This document shows positions 18,855 to 27,572 of a DNA stretch of 64,000 nt, one piece after another (positions within the stretch are counted from its first letter, which is position 1; every line of letters begins with the position of its first letter). Source of the stretch: Patescibacteria group bacterium (GTDB lineage Bacteria; Patescibacteriota; CPR2; UBA1875); the NCBI GenBank assembly GCA_028694925.1, contig JAQVJW010000002.1:9797-73796 (forward strand), read 5' to 3'. The notes below the pieces were generated by a model. It saw nothing but the letters and a program-made list of their open reading frames with translations, did no database searches and was not told the DNA's origin. The position numbers were made by a program, and so were the translations under genes.

Positions 18855-19574
18855 ATGGAAAAGATAACTCTAAAAGCAGAAATCCGTGACGCACGGAAGG
18901 AAAAGAATAATAGATTACGGGAAGAGGGTAAGCTCCCGGCCGTTATTTATGGTAAGGGTAAAGAGAGTAAGCCACTTACCATCTCAGCGCAGGAATTTGA
19001 AAAGGTCTACCGAGAAGCCGGTCAGTCGGCTCTTTTGGACCTAATACTTCCAGGTGGGACAAAGAAGGTTCTAATCCAAGATGTCAGCGAACACCCTGTT
19101 CGAGGGAACGCCGAACACATTGATTTCTATGAAGTCTCGATGACCGAAAAGATTACAACGGCCGTGCCACTTAAATTTGTGGGTGAATCAACTGCAGTTG
19201 TCGATCAGTCAGGAACCTTAATTACGAATAAGGATGAAGTTGAAGTTGAGTGTCTACCGGTTGACCTGCCACACGAGATTGAGGTAGACATCTCGGTTCT
19301 AACTGATTTTGAAAAGTCTATTCACGTTTCTGATATTAAGGTGCCAGAAGGAGTCACTATAAAAGATGAAATAGAGGAGACAATCGTCACAGTTGAGCCA
19401 CCTCGAAGTGAGGAAGAACTAGCAGAACTAGAAGAGCCACTCGAAGAAGCCGAAATGCCAGAAAGCGAACACGGTGAGGAAGGTGAAGAGGCTGAAGGTG
19501 AAGCCAAAGAAGGTGAAGAAGGCGCAGCTGAGCCTTCAGAAGCTGAGGGCAAAGAAGAGAAGAAGGAAGAATAA
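18855..19574 (+). CDS. rplY: 50S ribosomal protein L25/general stress protein Ctc, with an acidic C-terminal tail
   Basis: LPAVIYGKGKESKPLTISAQEF and a beta-barrel region, plus an E-rich tail. Confidence 0.85.
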   Translation: MEKITLKAEIRDARKEKNNRLREEGKLPAVIYGKGKESKPLTISAQEFEKVYREAGQSALLDLILPGGTKKVLIQDVSEHPVRGNAEHIDFYEVSMTEKITTAVPLKFVGESTAVVDQSGTLITNKDEVEVECLPVDLPHEIEVDISVLTDFEKSIHVSDIKVPEGVTIKDEIEETIVTVEPPRSEEELAELEEPLEEAEMPESEHGEEGEEAEGEAKEGEEGAAEPSEAEGKEEKKEE

Positions 19575-19605
19575 AAGAGGACCTACTGGGTCTTCTTTTA
19601 TATTG
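19575..19605 (+). terminator. Rho-independent terminator of rplY
   Basis: A 9-bp stem (AAGAGGACC / GGTCTTCTT, with one G-T pair), a 5-nt loop and a TTTATATT tail. Confidence 0.5.
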
Positions 19606-19795
19606 GTTAGTGTGCGGTGCGGCTTGCCAAATGGAACGCAAATCAAATAAACCGTTTGTATCGGTCTATTTCTATTAATGATGCAAAAACACTAGCCTGC
19701 TAAGCACTTTTTATGTTAATATACTCACGAGAATTCAATCGGAGGGTCGCACCAGTAATGGTGTGACCCTCCTCGAATTAGTACAGGAGGATGCT

Positions 19796-20128
19796 ATGTC
19801 TACTTCTGCGAGTACAATCAGTGGGGCGTTGAACCTTCTGAATCTCAATTTGAGGTTTAGAGATGCCATCAAGCCATTGTCTCAGCACGAACTATCACGG
19901 TATCACCGCAGGGCTGTTGCCCAGCGTCTCGACAATCTTCAGGACGTCGTCCGCGAATGTTCCAAAGAAGACGTTTTGACCACAGTCATCATTCCAACGG
20001 AAGACGAGATTTGGGACTCGTTCTGGGTCAAACTGATTCGTCGGGCTATCTATCTTCTGGCGCAGTTGTTGCGTTGGAGAATGGCTCTCTCGAAGCAGTC
20101 GGGCATTGAGTGGCGAATTCCGAGTTAG
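19796..20128 (+). CDS. Hypothetical protein in a GC-rich insert
   Basis: Strong AGGAGG RBS 5 nt before the ATG. Local GC is about 52% against about 40% for the window. No recognisable domain. Confidence 0.35.
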   Translation: MSTSASTISGALNLLNLNLRFRDAIKPLSQHELSRYHRRAVAQRLDNLQDVVRECSKEDVLTTVIIPTEDEIWDSFWVKLIRRAIYLLAQLLRWRMALSKQSGIEWRIPS

Positions 20129-20158
20129 TGCGTCGCGACTACATCCAGGAGGTGCGTT

Positions 20159-20527
20159 ATGTCGGGCCCATTTGGACCTTGGTTCGAAGACAGGCCAAAG
20201 GAAGGCTGGGATGGAGTTACTGTCCATGTGTCCGAAGGCAGAATACCTCAGGTGATCGAAGCTATTGAGCGTATTGAGAGCCGTCGGGACATCCAATCCC
20301 ATCTTCGGATCGTTCACGCACTGCGAGGTGAAGAGCTTGTTGTCAGCGTAGTTGCAGGCGACCTCGCTCGGTTCTACTCTCGCGTCATCATTCCTCTGGG
20401 AACTATCGTCCCCGGTTCGATGCCGCACATGATTACGGCTCAGGTGAAATTCGAGTCGAATTCACCTTCGAGCCGTAATCACAACGACCGCCAATCAACG
20501 GAAACTTATAATTGTGAGGACCGCTGA
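20159..20527 (+). CDS. Hypothetical protein in a GC-rich insert
   Basis: AGGAGG RBS 6 nt before the ATG. It is followed by a GACCGC-TGAAAG-GCGGTC hairpin. No recognisable domain. Confidence 0.4.
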   Translation: MSGPFGPWFEDRPKEGWDGVTVHVSEGRIPQVIEAIERIESRRDIQSHLRIVHALRGEELVVSVVAGDLARFYSRVIIPLGTIVPGSMPHMITAQVKFESNSPSSRNHNDRQSTETYNCEDR

Positions 20528-20597
20528 AAGGCGGTCTTCACTTTATGAAGTTCATGCATTTCTCGCTTCGTTGAATAAGATGTACAACACCCGCCGA

Positions 20598-20620
20598 GTA
20601 TTGCGACAAAATGTCGCAAT
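20598..20620. promoter_or_regulatory. Palindromic operator-like site ATTGCGACA-aaa-TGTCGCAAT upstream of the AbiEi promoter
   Basis: Perfect 9-bp inverted repeat. It shares the core GTATTGCGACA with the operator at 39308..39356. Confidence 0.5.
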
Positions 20621-20657
20621 TTGCCCAGACTGGTAGTTGAGTATAGTGTCTTTTTAC

Positions 20658-20686
20658 TTGACAAGGGTAGCTCTATTTGCTAAAAT
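20658..20686 (+). promoter_or_regulatory. Sigma70-like promoter (TTGACA-17-TAAAAT) for abiEi-abiEii
   Basis: Consensus -35 and a near-consensus -10 lie about 40 nt upstream of the ATG at 20727. Confidence 0.45.
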
Positions 20687-20726
20687 ACTTCTAAAGAGTG
20701 TTATAAATAACATTTATTGAAAGTAT

Positions 20727-21356
20727 ATGAAGTATCTAAACCTTAAAGAAGAGCTCAGTGATTTCATCATCTTTTCACTTTTGGATATCAAAAAAATCGA
20801 ACCAAATTTTGACCGCAGACGTTTAAGCGAGTGGCAAGATAAGGGATATATTCAAAAGGTGCGAAGGGGTTATTATATTTTTTCAGATCTTGAAATAACC
20901 GACGAAGTTTTGTTTCTAATCGCTAATCGGCTATATGTTCCATCATATATTTCATTAGAGATGGCACTAAACTATTATGGACTAATTCCTGAGGGGGTCT
21001 ACAGCCTTACCTCTGTTACAACCAAGCTGCCTAAGGATTTTAAAGCTCCAATTGCAAACTTTAGTTATCGACAGGTTAAACCAGAATTATTCTTTGGGTA
21101 TCGCCTAGAAAAAGTTGGCAATCAAAATTACAAAATTGCAGAAATAGAAAAGGTGGTTCTAGATTACCTTTATCTCAATCCAGAGATGGATAATGAGGCT
21201 AATTTTTCAGAATGGCGTTTTAATTTTGATACCTTTCGGGAAAAGGCAGATATGGAGAGGTTTGCTACATATCTAAGTAATTTTAATAGTCCCAGCTTAA
21301 ATACTCGGGTTAGGAAGTTTATAAAACATATGGAGAAACATAATGTTAACAATTAG
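20727..21356 (+). CDS. abiEi: AbiEi antitoxin-family transcriptional regulator (type IV TA/Abi)
   Basis: AbiEi_4-like N-terminal wHTH. Overlaps the downstream AbiEii gene by 14 nt. Confidence 0.75.
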   Translation: MKYLNLKEELSDFIIFSLLDIKKIEPNFDRRRLSEWQDKGYIQKVRRGYYIFSDLEITDEVLFLIANRLYVPSYISLEMALNYYGLIPEGVYSLTSVTTKLPKDFKAPIANFSYRQVKPELFFGYRLEKVGNQNYKIAEIEKVVLDYLYLNPEMDNEANFSEWRFNFDTFREKADMERFATYLSNFNSPSLNTRVRKFIKHMEKHNVNN

Positions 21357-22122
21357 TCAGATAGAGGAACAATACCCCGAAAATCTAAGGCCTTTTAAGA
21401 GAGGTATTTTACGGGAGTATTTACAGTACAAGATATTAGAAATTATTTTTAACTCAAAATATGCTGGCAAGCTTTCATTTCTTGGTGGTACGGCACTCCG
21501 TATTGTATACGGTAACACCCGTTTTTCTGAAGATTTAGATTTTGACAACTTTGGACTTTCAGAAGAAGAGTTTAGCGAAATTGCTACAATAATCAAAAAG
21601 GGTCTTTCAGCTCAAGGTCTTATGGTTGAAATGAACACGATTTCTAAGGGCGCCTTCCGGTGCAATATTCGTCTTCCCGGGGTTTTCTTTGAAAACGAAC
21701 TTTCTGGACATCCGGAAGAAAAGATTTTGATTCACATAGACACCGTGTCTCATAAATTTGACTATAGACCAGATAAAAAGATTCTAAACAAATTTGATGT
21801 CTTTTCGGAAATATTTGTAACACCTCTTGATATTATTCTCTCTCAAAAGTTTTATGCAACCGTAAATCGAAAAAGAGCGAAAGGTAGAGACTTTTTTGAT
21901 ATTATGTTTTTGCAATCACGAACTAAGCCTAATTATGACTATCTAAAAGAGAAAATAGGGATAACAAACAGCAAAGAATTAAAGGCCTTGCTAGCAGTTG
22001 AATTTAAAGATTTAAATTTCAAAGAATTGGGCCGAGATGTTCAGCCCTTTTTGTTTAATCCAACCGACGCCAAGAGGGTTGAAAAGTTTAAAGAATTTAT
22101 CGAAGAAGCCGATTTGGGTTAA
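21343..22122 (+). CDS. abiEii: AbiEii/AbiGii nucleotidyltransferase toxin (DUF1814)
   Basis: FLGGTALRIVYGNTRFSEDLDFDN, a Pol-beta-type NTase motif typical of AbiEii. Confidence 0.85.
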   Translation: MLTISQIEEQYPENLRPFKRGILREYLQYKILEIIFNSKYAGKLSFLGGTALRIVYGNTRFSEDLDFDNFGLSEEEFSEIATIIKKGLSAQGLMVEMNTISKGAFRCNIRLPGVFFENELSGHPEEKILIHIDTVSHKFDYRPDKKILNKFDVFSEIFVTPLDIILSQKFYATVNRKRAKGRDFFDIMFLQSRTKPNYDYLKEKIGITNSKELKALLAVEFKDLNFKELGRDVQPFLFNPTDAKRVEKFKEFIEEADLG

Positions 22123-22204
22123 GGGGTTCCATCGCCCGTGTACATATCAATATGACGTTTAGAGAGATAATAAATATAAATGTTAAAAAGAAAAGGGTAA
22201 AAAG

Positions 22205-22618
22205 ATGAAAGCAAAATTGACAAAACAACAGATAGACGAACTATGGGGTCAAGATGGCCCTTATTCTGAGGTTAGGTTAGTGATTGAAAAAAGAATCTTA
22301 GACGATCAAATTAGTCGAGAATTTTTGGTAGTAGAAACTAATATCAATCCTTTTACTTTTAAGTTTATTAAAAAGAATCGTAAACTCTTTAAAGATAGCG
22401 AGATGATTCAACAACTACTTAACAACTCAGAGTATCGGGGTCCAGCTTTTGGCTACGTTAGCAATGCTTTTTGTGGTCATTATACAGGGGAAGATGTCAT
22501 GGAAAAGGCAGAAAAGGCAGCCGCTAGGTCATCCAAGCTAATAATCGAATTACATAAGTTTGTGATGGATTCGCTTGGTATAGATAAGAAAGATATTTAC
22601 CGAAAATATATGAGCTGA
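22205..22618 (+). CDS. Hypothetical protein
   Basis: 137-aa ORF with a plausible RBS and no motif. Confidence 0.35.
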   Translation: MKAKLTKQQIDELWGQDGPYSEVRLVIEKRILDDQISREFLVVETNINPFTFKFIKKNRKLFKDSEMIQQLLNNSEYRGPAFGYVSNAFCGHYTGEDVMEKAEKAAARSSKLIIELHKFVMDSLGIDKKDIYRKYMS

Positions 22619-22683
22619 TTAAAATGATCTTATTTCCCCCAATGAACTAGTGACTCCTTCCCTGTTCTTGCTATAATAATCAT

Positions 22684-23745
22684 ATGCAAAAGATAAAAAA
22701 TTTCTTTCTCAGGGTCGGACACTTCATAAAAAAGCACAAATGGTCGATACTACTGATTGGTGCGGCACTTCTGGTGGGGGGCTTTTTTGTTTGGGATAGC
22801 TACTCGGCTCAAAATGGTTCATTGTTGTCTTTGGTTGTAGATGAAGAAAAGGAACCAGAGCTTCTCGCGGCCCCACTTTCTGGGATTATGGTTGGGGAAA
22901 GTGTGGTCGAAAGAAGGCCAATTGCAATAGTGGTTGAAAATCATCCTGATGCCCGGCCCCAATCAGGACTCCTTATGGCCGATATGGTCTTTGAGACGTT
23001 AGCCGAGGGTGGAATCACAAGGTTTTTAGCGATCTATCATTCACAAACTCCTAAAGAAGTTGGGCCAGTACGCTCGGCCCGGCCATATTTTGTTGAGTGG
23101 GCTGACTCTTTTGATGCGCTTTATGCTCATGTCGGGGGAAGCGATGAAGGACTTGCCCTTATAAATCGCCTCTCGGTTGCCGATATTAATCAATTTGCCT
23201 TTGGAAACTTCTTTTGGCGCGATAACACGCGCTATGCTCCCCATAATGTCTATACTACACTCGATAAAATATATTCTGCCGCAAAGACAAGAAATTATGC
23301 TCTAACGCAGGATAATTTAAAGCCATATTCCTTTAAAGAAGAAGCAAAAGAAGAAGAGCGACCCGAGGCCCAGAAGTTTACAGTTAATTTTAACTATAGC
23401 TTTGCACCCACCTATACCTATAGTAAGGATTGTAACTGTTACCTTCGTTCAATCTTGGGTCAAAAGCACCTAGATTCTTCCGGCAAACAACTCTCGGCCA
23501 AGAATGTAATCGTGGCTTTTTCTGATATGGGGCAACAAATCGTGAGGGGTACTGGCTACACCGTGATCGATACTGATGATTCGGGTACGGCCTACTTTTA
23601 TATTGATGGCATAAAACAGGTCGGTAAGTGGAGCCGAGCGGTGGGAGAGCAAATAAAGTTTTATGATGCTGAGGGTCAGGCTGTTGCGCTAAACCCTGGT
23701 ACTACCTGGATAGATGTCGTCCCTGAGGGTACTTCGGTTAAATGA
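22684..23745 (+). CDS. DUF3048-domain protein (YerB-like), membrane-anchored
   Basis: N-terminal TM, then IAIVVENHPDARPQSGL...GGITRFLAIYHSQ...GPVRSARPYFVEWA, typical of DUF3048. Confidence 0.65.
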   Translation: MQKIKNFFLRVGHFIKKHKWSILLIGAALLVGGFFVWDSYSAQNGSLLSLVVDEEKEPELLAAPLSGIMVGESVVERRPIAIVVENHPDARPQSGLLMADMVFETLAEGGITRFLAIYHSQTPKEVGPVRSARPYFVEWADSFDALYAHVGGSDEGLALINRLSVADINQFAFGNFFWRDNTRYAPHNVYTTLDKIYSAAKTRNYALTQDNLKPYSFKEEAKEEERPEAQKFTVNFNYSFAPTYTYSKDCNCYLRSILGQKHLDSSGKQLSAKNVIVAFSDMGQQIVRGTGYTVIDTDDSGTAYFYIDGIKQVGKWSRAVGEQIKFYDAEGQAVALNPGTTWIDVVPEGTSVK

Positions 23746-25160
23746 AGAAATATACTCTAAAAGAAGTTGAGAAGAAGTTTGACATCCCCTTAAGAAAAAC
23801 CCTTTTTCTTATAAAAAAAGGGGTGATTAATGCTGTTGTCGAGGGGTCAAGAATATTTGTATCAGACGAGGAGATCGAAAAGTATCTAAAGCTAGATAAA
23901 AAAACAAAAGGAAAACACCATAAATCATATCTTGCAAGCCTGGGTCCTGGACTCATTACGGGAGCAGCTGATGATGACCCCTCGGGCACCATTGCCTATA
24001 CCCAGGTTGGGGCACAGTTTGGTTTAGGTCTTTCTTGGATGGCGCTTTATCTTACGCCGATGATGATTGCGGTTCAAGAGACAAGTGCTAGGATTGGGAT
24101 TGTAACTGGAAAAGGGCTTTCTGGGGTTATTAAAAAGTACTATAGCAAGAGACTTTTGGTCTTTTTGATAACCCTGCTTGTTATCGCAAACACCGTGAAT
24201 ATTGGGGCCGATATTGGGGCGATGGCGGCTGCACTTGAGCTTGTCACACCGATAAACTATTTTGCTGGGGCGATCCTTGTAACGGCTGCGATGATTGCAC
24301 TTCAACTGAAGTTCTCTTATCAAAGATATGCTCAAATTCTTAAGTTTCTGACCCTCTCTTTGTTTGCCTATGTTATTACCGGTTTTATCGTAAGGCCAGA
24401 TTTCACGGAAGTCTTAAGGAGTCTTGTAATTCCTAAGATCTCCTTTAGCCCGGGGTATTTGGCGGCTCTAGTGGCAGTAGCTGGGACGACGATATCGCCC
24501 TATCTATTCTTTTGGCAGGCCTCAGAAGAAGTAGAGGAATGTAGGGATAAAAAGATTTCTGCTAAGGCTCACCCAATTATTATCGGGAGGGAGATCAAAG
24601 AGATGCGGAAGGATACTACCTTTGGCATGATTGTCGCTAACATTGTCTTCCTTTTTATCATTATTACCGCGGCCGCCGTCCTCCATACTAGTGGAGTCAC
24701 TACAATCGAGACGGCCCAAGATGCGGCCTTGGCCCTTCGTCCCCTTGCCGGTGAGGCTGCTTACTATCTATTTACCATCGGTATCTTAGGGGTTGGTCTT
24801 CTAGCTGTTCCTGTACTGGCTGGTTCTTCGGCCTATGCCATCTCAGAGTTAGCTGGCTTTAAAGAAGGTTTCTCTAGGAAATATATCGAAGCCCGAGGTT
24901 TCTATATCATTATTATTATCTCAATGCTTGTCGGCTTTCTCTTAAACTTTGTTGGTATTAACCCAATGCGGGCCCTCTATTATACCGCTATCTTAAATGG
25001 CCTTATCTCCCCAATCATTATGTACTTTATCTTTAGGATCGGACGAAATGAAAAAATCATGGGCAAATTCGTAAGCCCTAAATGGGTCAACCTCTGGGGT
25101 GGAATCGCTACTATTCTGATGGGTGGAGCCGCTATTTTCCTTGTTCTTTCTTTCATCTGA
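23742..25160 (+). CDS. mntH: NRAMP-family divalent metal (Mn2+/Fe2+) transporter with an N-terminal HTH-like extension
   Basis: Nramp signature LGPGLITGAADDDPSGTIAYTQVGAQFG and about 11 TM segments. The first 55 aa or so resemble an excisionase/MerR-type HTH_17. Confidence 0.8.
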   Translation: MKKYTLKEVEKKFDIPLRKTLFLIKKGVINAVVEGSRIFVSDEEIEKYLKLDKKTKGKHHKSYLASLGPGLITGAADDDPSGTIAYTQVGAQFGLGLSWMALYLTPMMIAVQETSARIGIVTGKGLSGVIKKYYSKRLLVFLITLLVIANTVNIGADIGAMAAALELVTPINYFAGAILVTAAMIALQLKFSYQRYAQILKFLTLSLFAYVITGFIVRPDFTEVLRSLVIPKISFSPGYLAALVAVAGTTISPYLFFWQASEEVEECRDKKISAKAHPIIIGREIKEMRKDTTFGMIVANIVFLFIIITAAAVLHTSGVTTIETAQDAALALRPLAGEAAYYLFTIGILGVGLLAVPVLAGSSAYAISELAGFKEGFSRKYIEARGFYIIIIISMLVGFLLNFVGINPMRALYYTAILNGLISPIIMYFIFRIGRNEKIMGKFVSPKWVNLWGGIATILMGGAAIFLVLSFI

Positions 25161-25248
25161 GTACTAAATTTGTTTTTTCCTAGATTGTGCTAGACATTAT
25201 CACTACTTTGTGCTAGAATGTTCGCACTAAGTAAAGGTAGGAGATAAG

Positions 25249-25827
25249 ATGCTTGAACAACTCTTTGGATCAAGAACGAGGGTAAAGGTTTTGGCGCTCC
25301 TTTTAAATAATCCAACGCGCTCCTATTATGTTCGGGAAATAACCCGAAAGGTTGACGAGCAAATAAACTCGGTCCGCCGTGAACTTGCAAACCTAAAGGC
25401 CGTCGGTCTTGTAAGATCAAGGGCCAAAAAGGGAAAAGTTTACTACCAGGCAAATTCAAACTCTGATTTATTCCCTCATCTTAAGAAAATCTTTGGCAAA
25501 GTTGCTAAGGAAACGGTCTATGAGAACAAAATCGCTGAGAGTATTAAGACGGCCGGCACGATTCAGTATGCTTCACTTCATGGCTACTTCGTCGAGGACC
25601 CCTCTTCTCCAATCGACCTCTTTATCGTCGGCACAGTTGATAAAGCCAAGATGCGACCAGTAGTCCGTGAGCTCAGTAAAGAGGTTGGTCATGAGATCAA
25701 TTACACTGTTATGGACCCAGAAGAATTCACCGAAAGACGCTTAATTTTCGATAGGTTCTTAACAGAAGTCCTTTCTTCCTCTAAAATAGTAGTAGTAGAC
25801 TACTTAGGTCTTAAAAAGGAGGAATAA
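25249..25827 (+). CDS. Winged-helix transcriptional regulator with an uncharacterised C-terminal domain
   Basis: N-terminal wHTH (RTRVKVLALLLNNPTRSYYVREITRKVDEQINSVRRELANLKAVGLV). Confidence 0.5.
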   Translation: MLEQLFGSRTRVKVLALLLNNPTRSYYVREITRKVDEQINSVRRELANLKAVGLVRSRAKKGKVYYQANSNSDLFPHLKKIFGKVAKETVYENKIAESIKTAGTIQYASLHGYFVEDPSSPIDLFIVGTVDKAKMRPVVRELSKEVGHEINYTVMDPEEFTERRLIFDRFLTEVLSSSKIVVVDYLGLKKEE

Positions 25828-26843
25828 TGCCCAAAAACATCAACGTAAATATATCCGCCAGAAGTCTTCTTACGGCGCTACTCTTTATAGTTATCCTGTA
25901 TTTTGTCGTAACGCTTCGGGGGCTCATCTTACTCTTTGTCCTTGGATATATTCTAGCGATCGCCCTTACCCCTTTTGTCGGCTGGCTCAAGAAGATAAAG
26001 ATCCCTCGGTCTATTGGTTCGATAATTGCAATAATTCTATTCGTCTTGGTCTTTGGGATAATTATCGGCCTTATAATCCCCGTCCTTATTCATCAGCTAA
26101 ATGCTCTTTATGAAGCACGTTTTGAGATATTCGATAGTTTTGATTCTTTTATTGGAACTTTGCCAAGTACAGTTCAGGAAAGCGCTCATAACTATGTTAA
26201 TGACCTACCACAAAAGATTGGTGATTATGTTGTTGGTACCGATATCTTAAAGTCAGCCTTTGGGTTTTTGGCTGGTTTTGGTGGAATCATTCTCTTTCTT
26301 GTCATTACCGCCTATATCCTAATTGAAGGCAGTTCCCCAATTAACATTGTAAAAAAATACTGGCCTAAAAAGAGTCAGGCGACGGCTGTCGATGCCTTTA
26401 AGGCTTTTGAGATGAAGGTTAGTCAATGGGTCAGAAGCCAACTTATCTTATCGGTCGCAATTGGCCTTCTGACCTATATCGGCCTTTTAATCCTTGGCGT
26501 CCCGTATGCAGCCCTTCTTGCCGTTATTGCCGCTATTACCGAACTCATCCCTTACGTTGGTCCTTGGATTGGAGCCTTCTTCGGGGTTATTATTGCCTTT
26601 ACCGTTTCTCCTTTACTTGGGCTTTGGACCGGTCTTTTGTATCTTGGGATTCAACAGTTTGAGGGCGCCGTCCTTGTGCCAAGAGTGATGAAAAAGACGA
26701 TTGGCCTCTCTCCGGTCGCAACGTTATTTATCGTCACAGCTGGTGTCGCCGTCCTTGGGGTGTTGGGGGCGATAATCGCGATCCCAGTATCGGCCGGGAC
26801 CTTGGCGGCCCTTAACGTCGTTCTTAGGAGGCTCGATGGTTGA
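25827..26843 (+). CDS. AI-2E family transporter (UPF0118/PF01594)
   Basis: Eight TM segments and the conserved C-terminal block LGIQQFEGAVLVPRVMKKTIGLSPV. Confidence 0.75.
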   Translation: MPKNINVNISARSLLTALLFIVILYFVVTLRGLILLFVLGYILAIALTPFVGWLKKIKIPRSIGSIIAIILFVLVFGIIIGLIIPVLIHQLNALYEARFEIFDSFDSFIGTLPSTVQESAHNYVNDLPQKIGDYVVGTDILKSAFGFLAGFGGIILFLVITAYILIEGSSPINIVKKYWPKKSQATAVDAFKAFEMKVSQWVRSQLILSVAIGLLTYIGLLILGVPYAALLAVIAAITELIPYVGPWIGAFFGVIIAFTVSPLLGLWTGLLYLGIQQFEGAVLVPRVMKKTIGLSPVATLFIVTAGVAVLGVLGAIIAIPVSAGTLAALNVVLRRLDG

Positions 26844-27474
26844 GATAGTATATCTAGGACATTCTTGTTTTAAAATAACGGGGAAAGAAATATCAATCGT
26901 CGCCGACCCTTACAAGGAGTCGATGGTTGGTCTTAAGCTTCCTAAGGTAGAGGCTGATGTAGTAACTATCTCTCATGATCATCCCGACCACAACAACAAA
27001 GAAGGTCTTCGGGGAGAATACCTTTGTTTTGATACCCCAGGGGAGTATGAGATTAAAAAGGCTGAAATAGTAGGGATAGAAAGTTATCATGACAGTGTAA
27101 ACGGAGAAGAGAGAGGAAAGAATACAATCTTTGTCTATGAGATCGACGGCATTCACATCTGCCATTTGGGTGACTTGGGCCAAGCTCTAACGAGTGAGCA
27201 ACTCGAGAAAATAAATGGGGTAGATATTCTTCTTGTACCAGTTGGTGGTAAATATACTATCGGGCCGAAGGAGGCCGCAAAAGCAATCTCGGCTACTAGC
27301 CCTAAGATTGTAATACCGATGCACTACAGGGTCGGGAAGATGACGGACCTTGAGCCCCTTGAGGGTTTTATAAAAGAAATTGGGAAAGAGCCAAAGAAGG
27401 TCGATACCTTAAAAATTGCAAAGAAAGACCTAACCGAGGAGCTTGAGATCTATACCTTAAAGAGTAAGGGGTAG
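26836..27474 (+). CDS. MBL-fold metal-dependent hydrolase (UPF0173-like)
   Basis: HDHPDH metallo-beta-lactamase motif. Confidence 0.75.
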   Translation: MVEIVYLGHSCFKITGKEISIVADPYKESMVGLKLPKVEADVVTISHDHPDHNNKEGLRGEYLCFDTPGEYEIKKAEIVGIESYHDSVNGEERGKNTIFVYEIDGIHICHLGDLGQALTSEQLEKINGVDILLVPVGGKYTIGPKEAAKAISATSPKIVIPMHYRVGKMTDLEPLEGFIKEIGKEPKKVDTLKIAKKDLTEELEIYTLKSKG

Positions 27475-27500
27475 AAAAGAGAATATACGGAGGGGAAGAA

Positions 27501-27527
27501 ATAGCACCAATAAAGGTGCTATTTTAG
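27501..27527 (+). terminator. Rho-independent terminator
   Basis: ATAGCACC-aataaa-GGTGCTAT, followed by a T-rich tract. Confidence 0.5.
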
Positions 27528-27572
27528 ATTTGTTTTTGTTTGCATAAGCACGCAAAAAAATGTAAAATTGAA

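Noticed and set aside
7056-19683. Treating the two copies of the 65-nt element as attL/attR of a 12.6-kb island
   Set aside because: The interval has no integrase or recombinase, includes core genes (rplY, an ECF sigma factor, a nucleotide-sugar dehydrogenase) and shows no compositional shift, so a recurrent regulatory or target element is more plausible.
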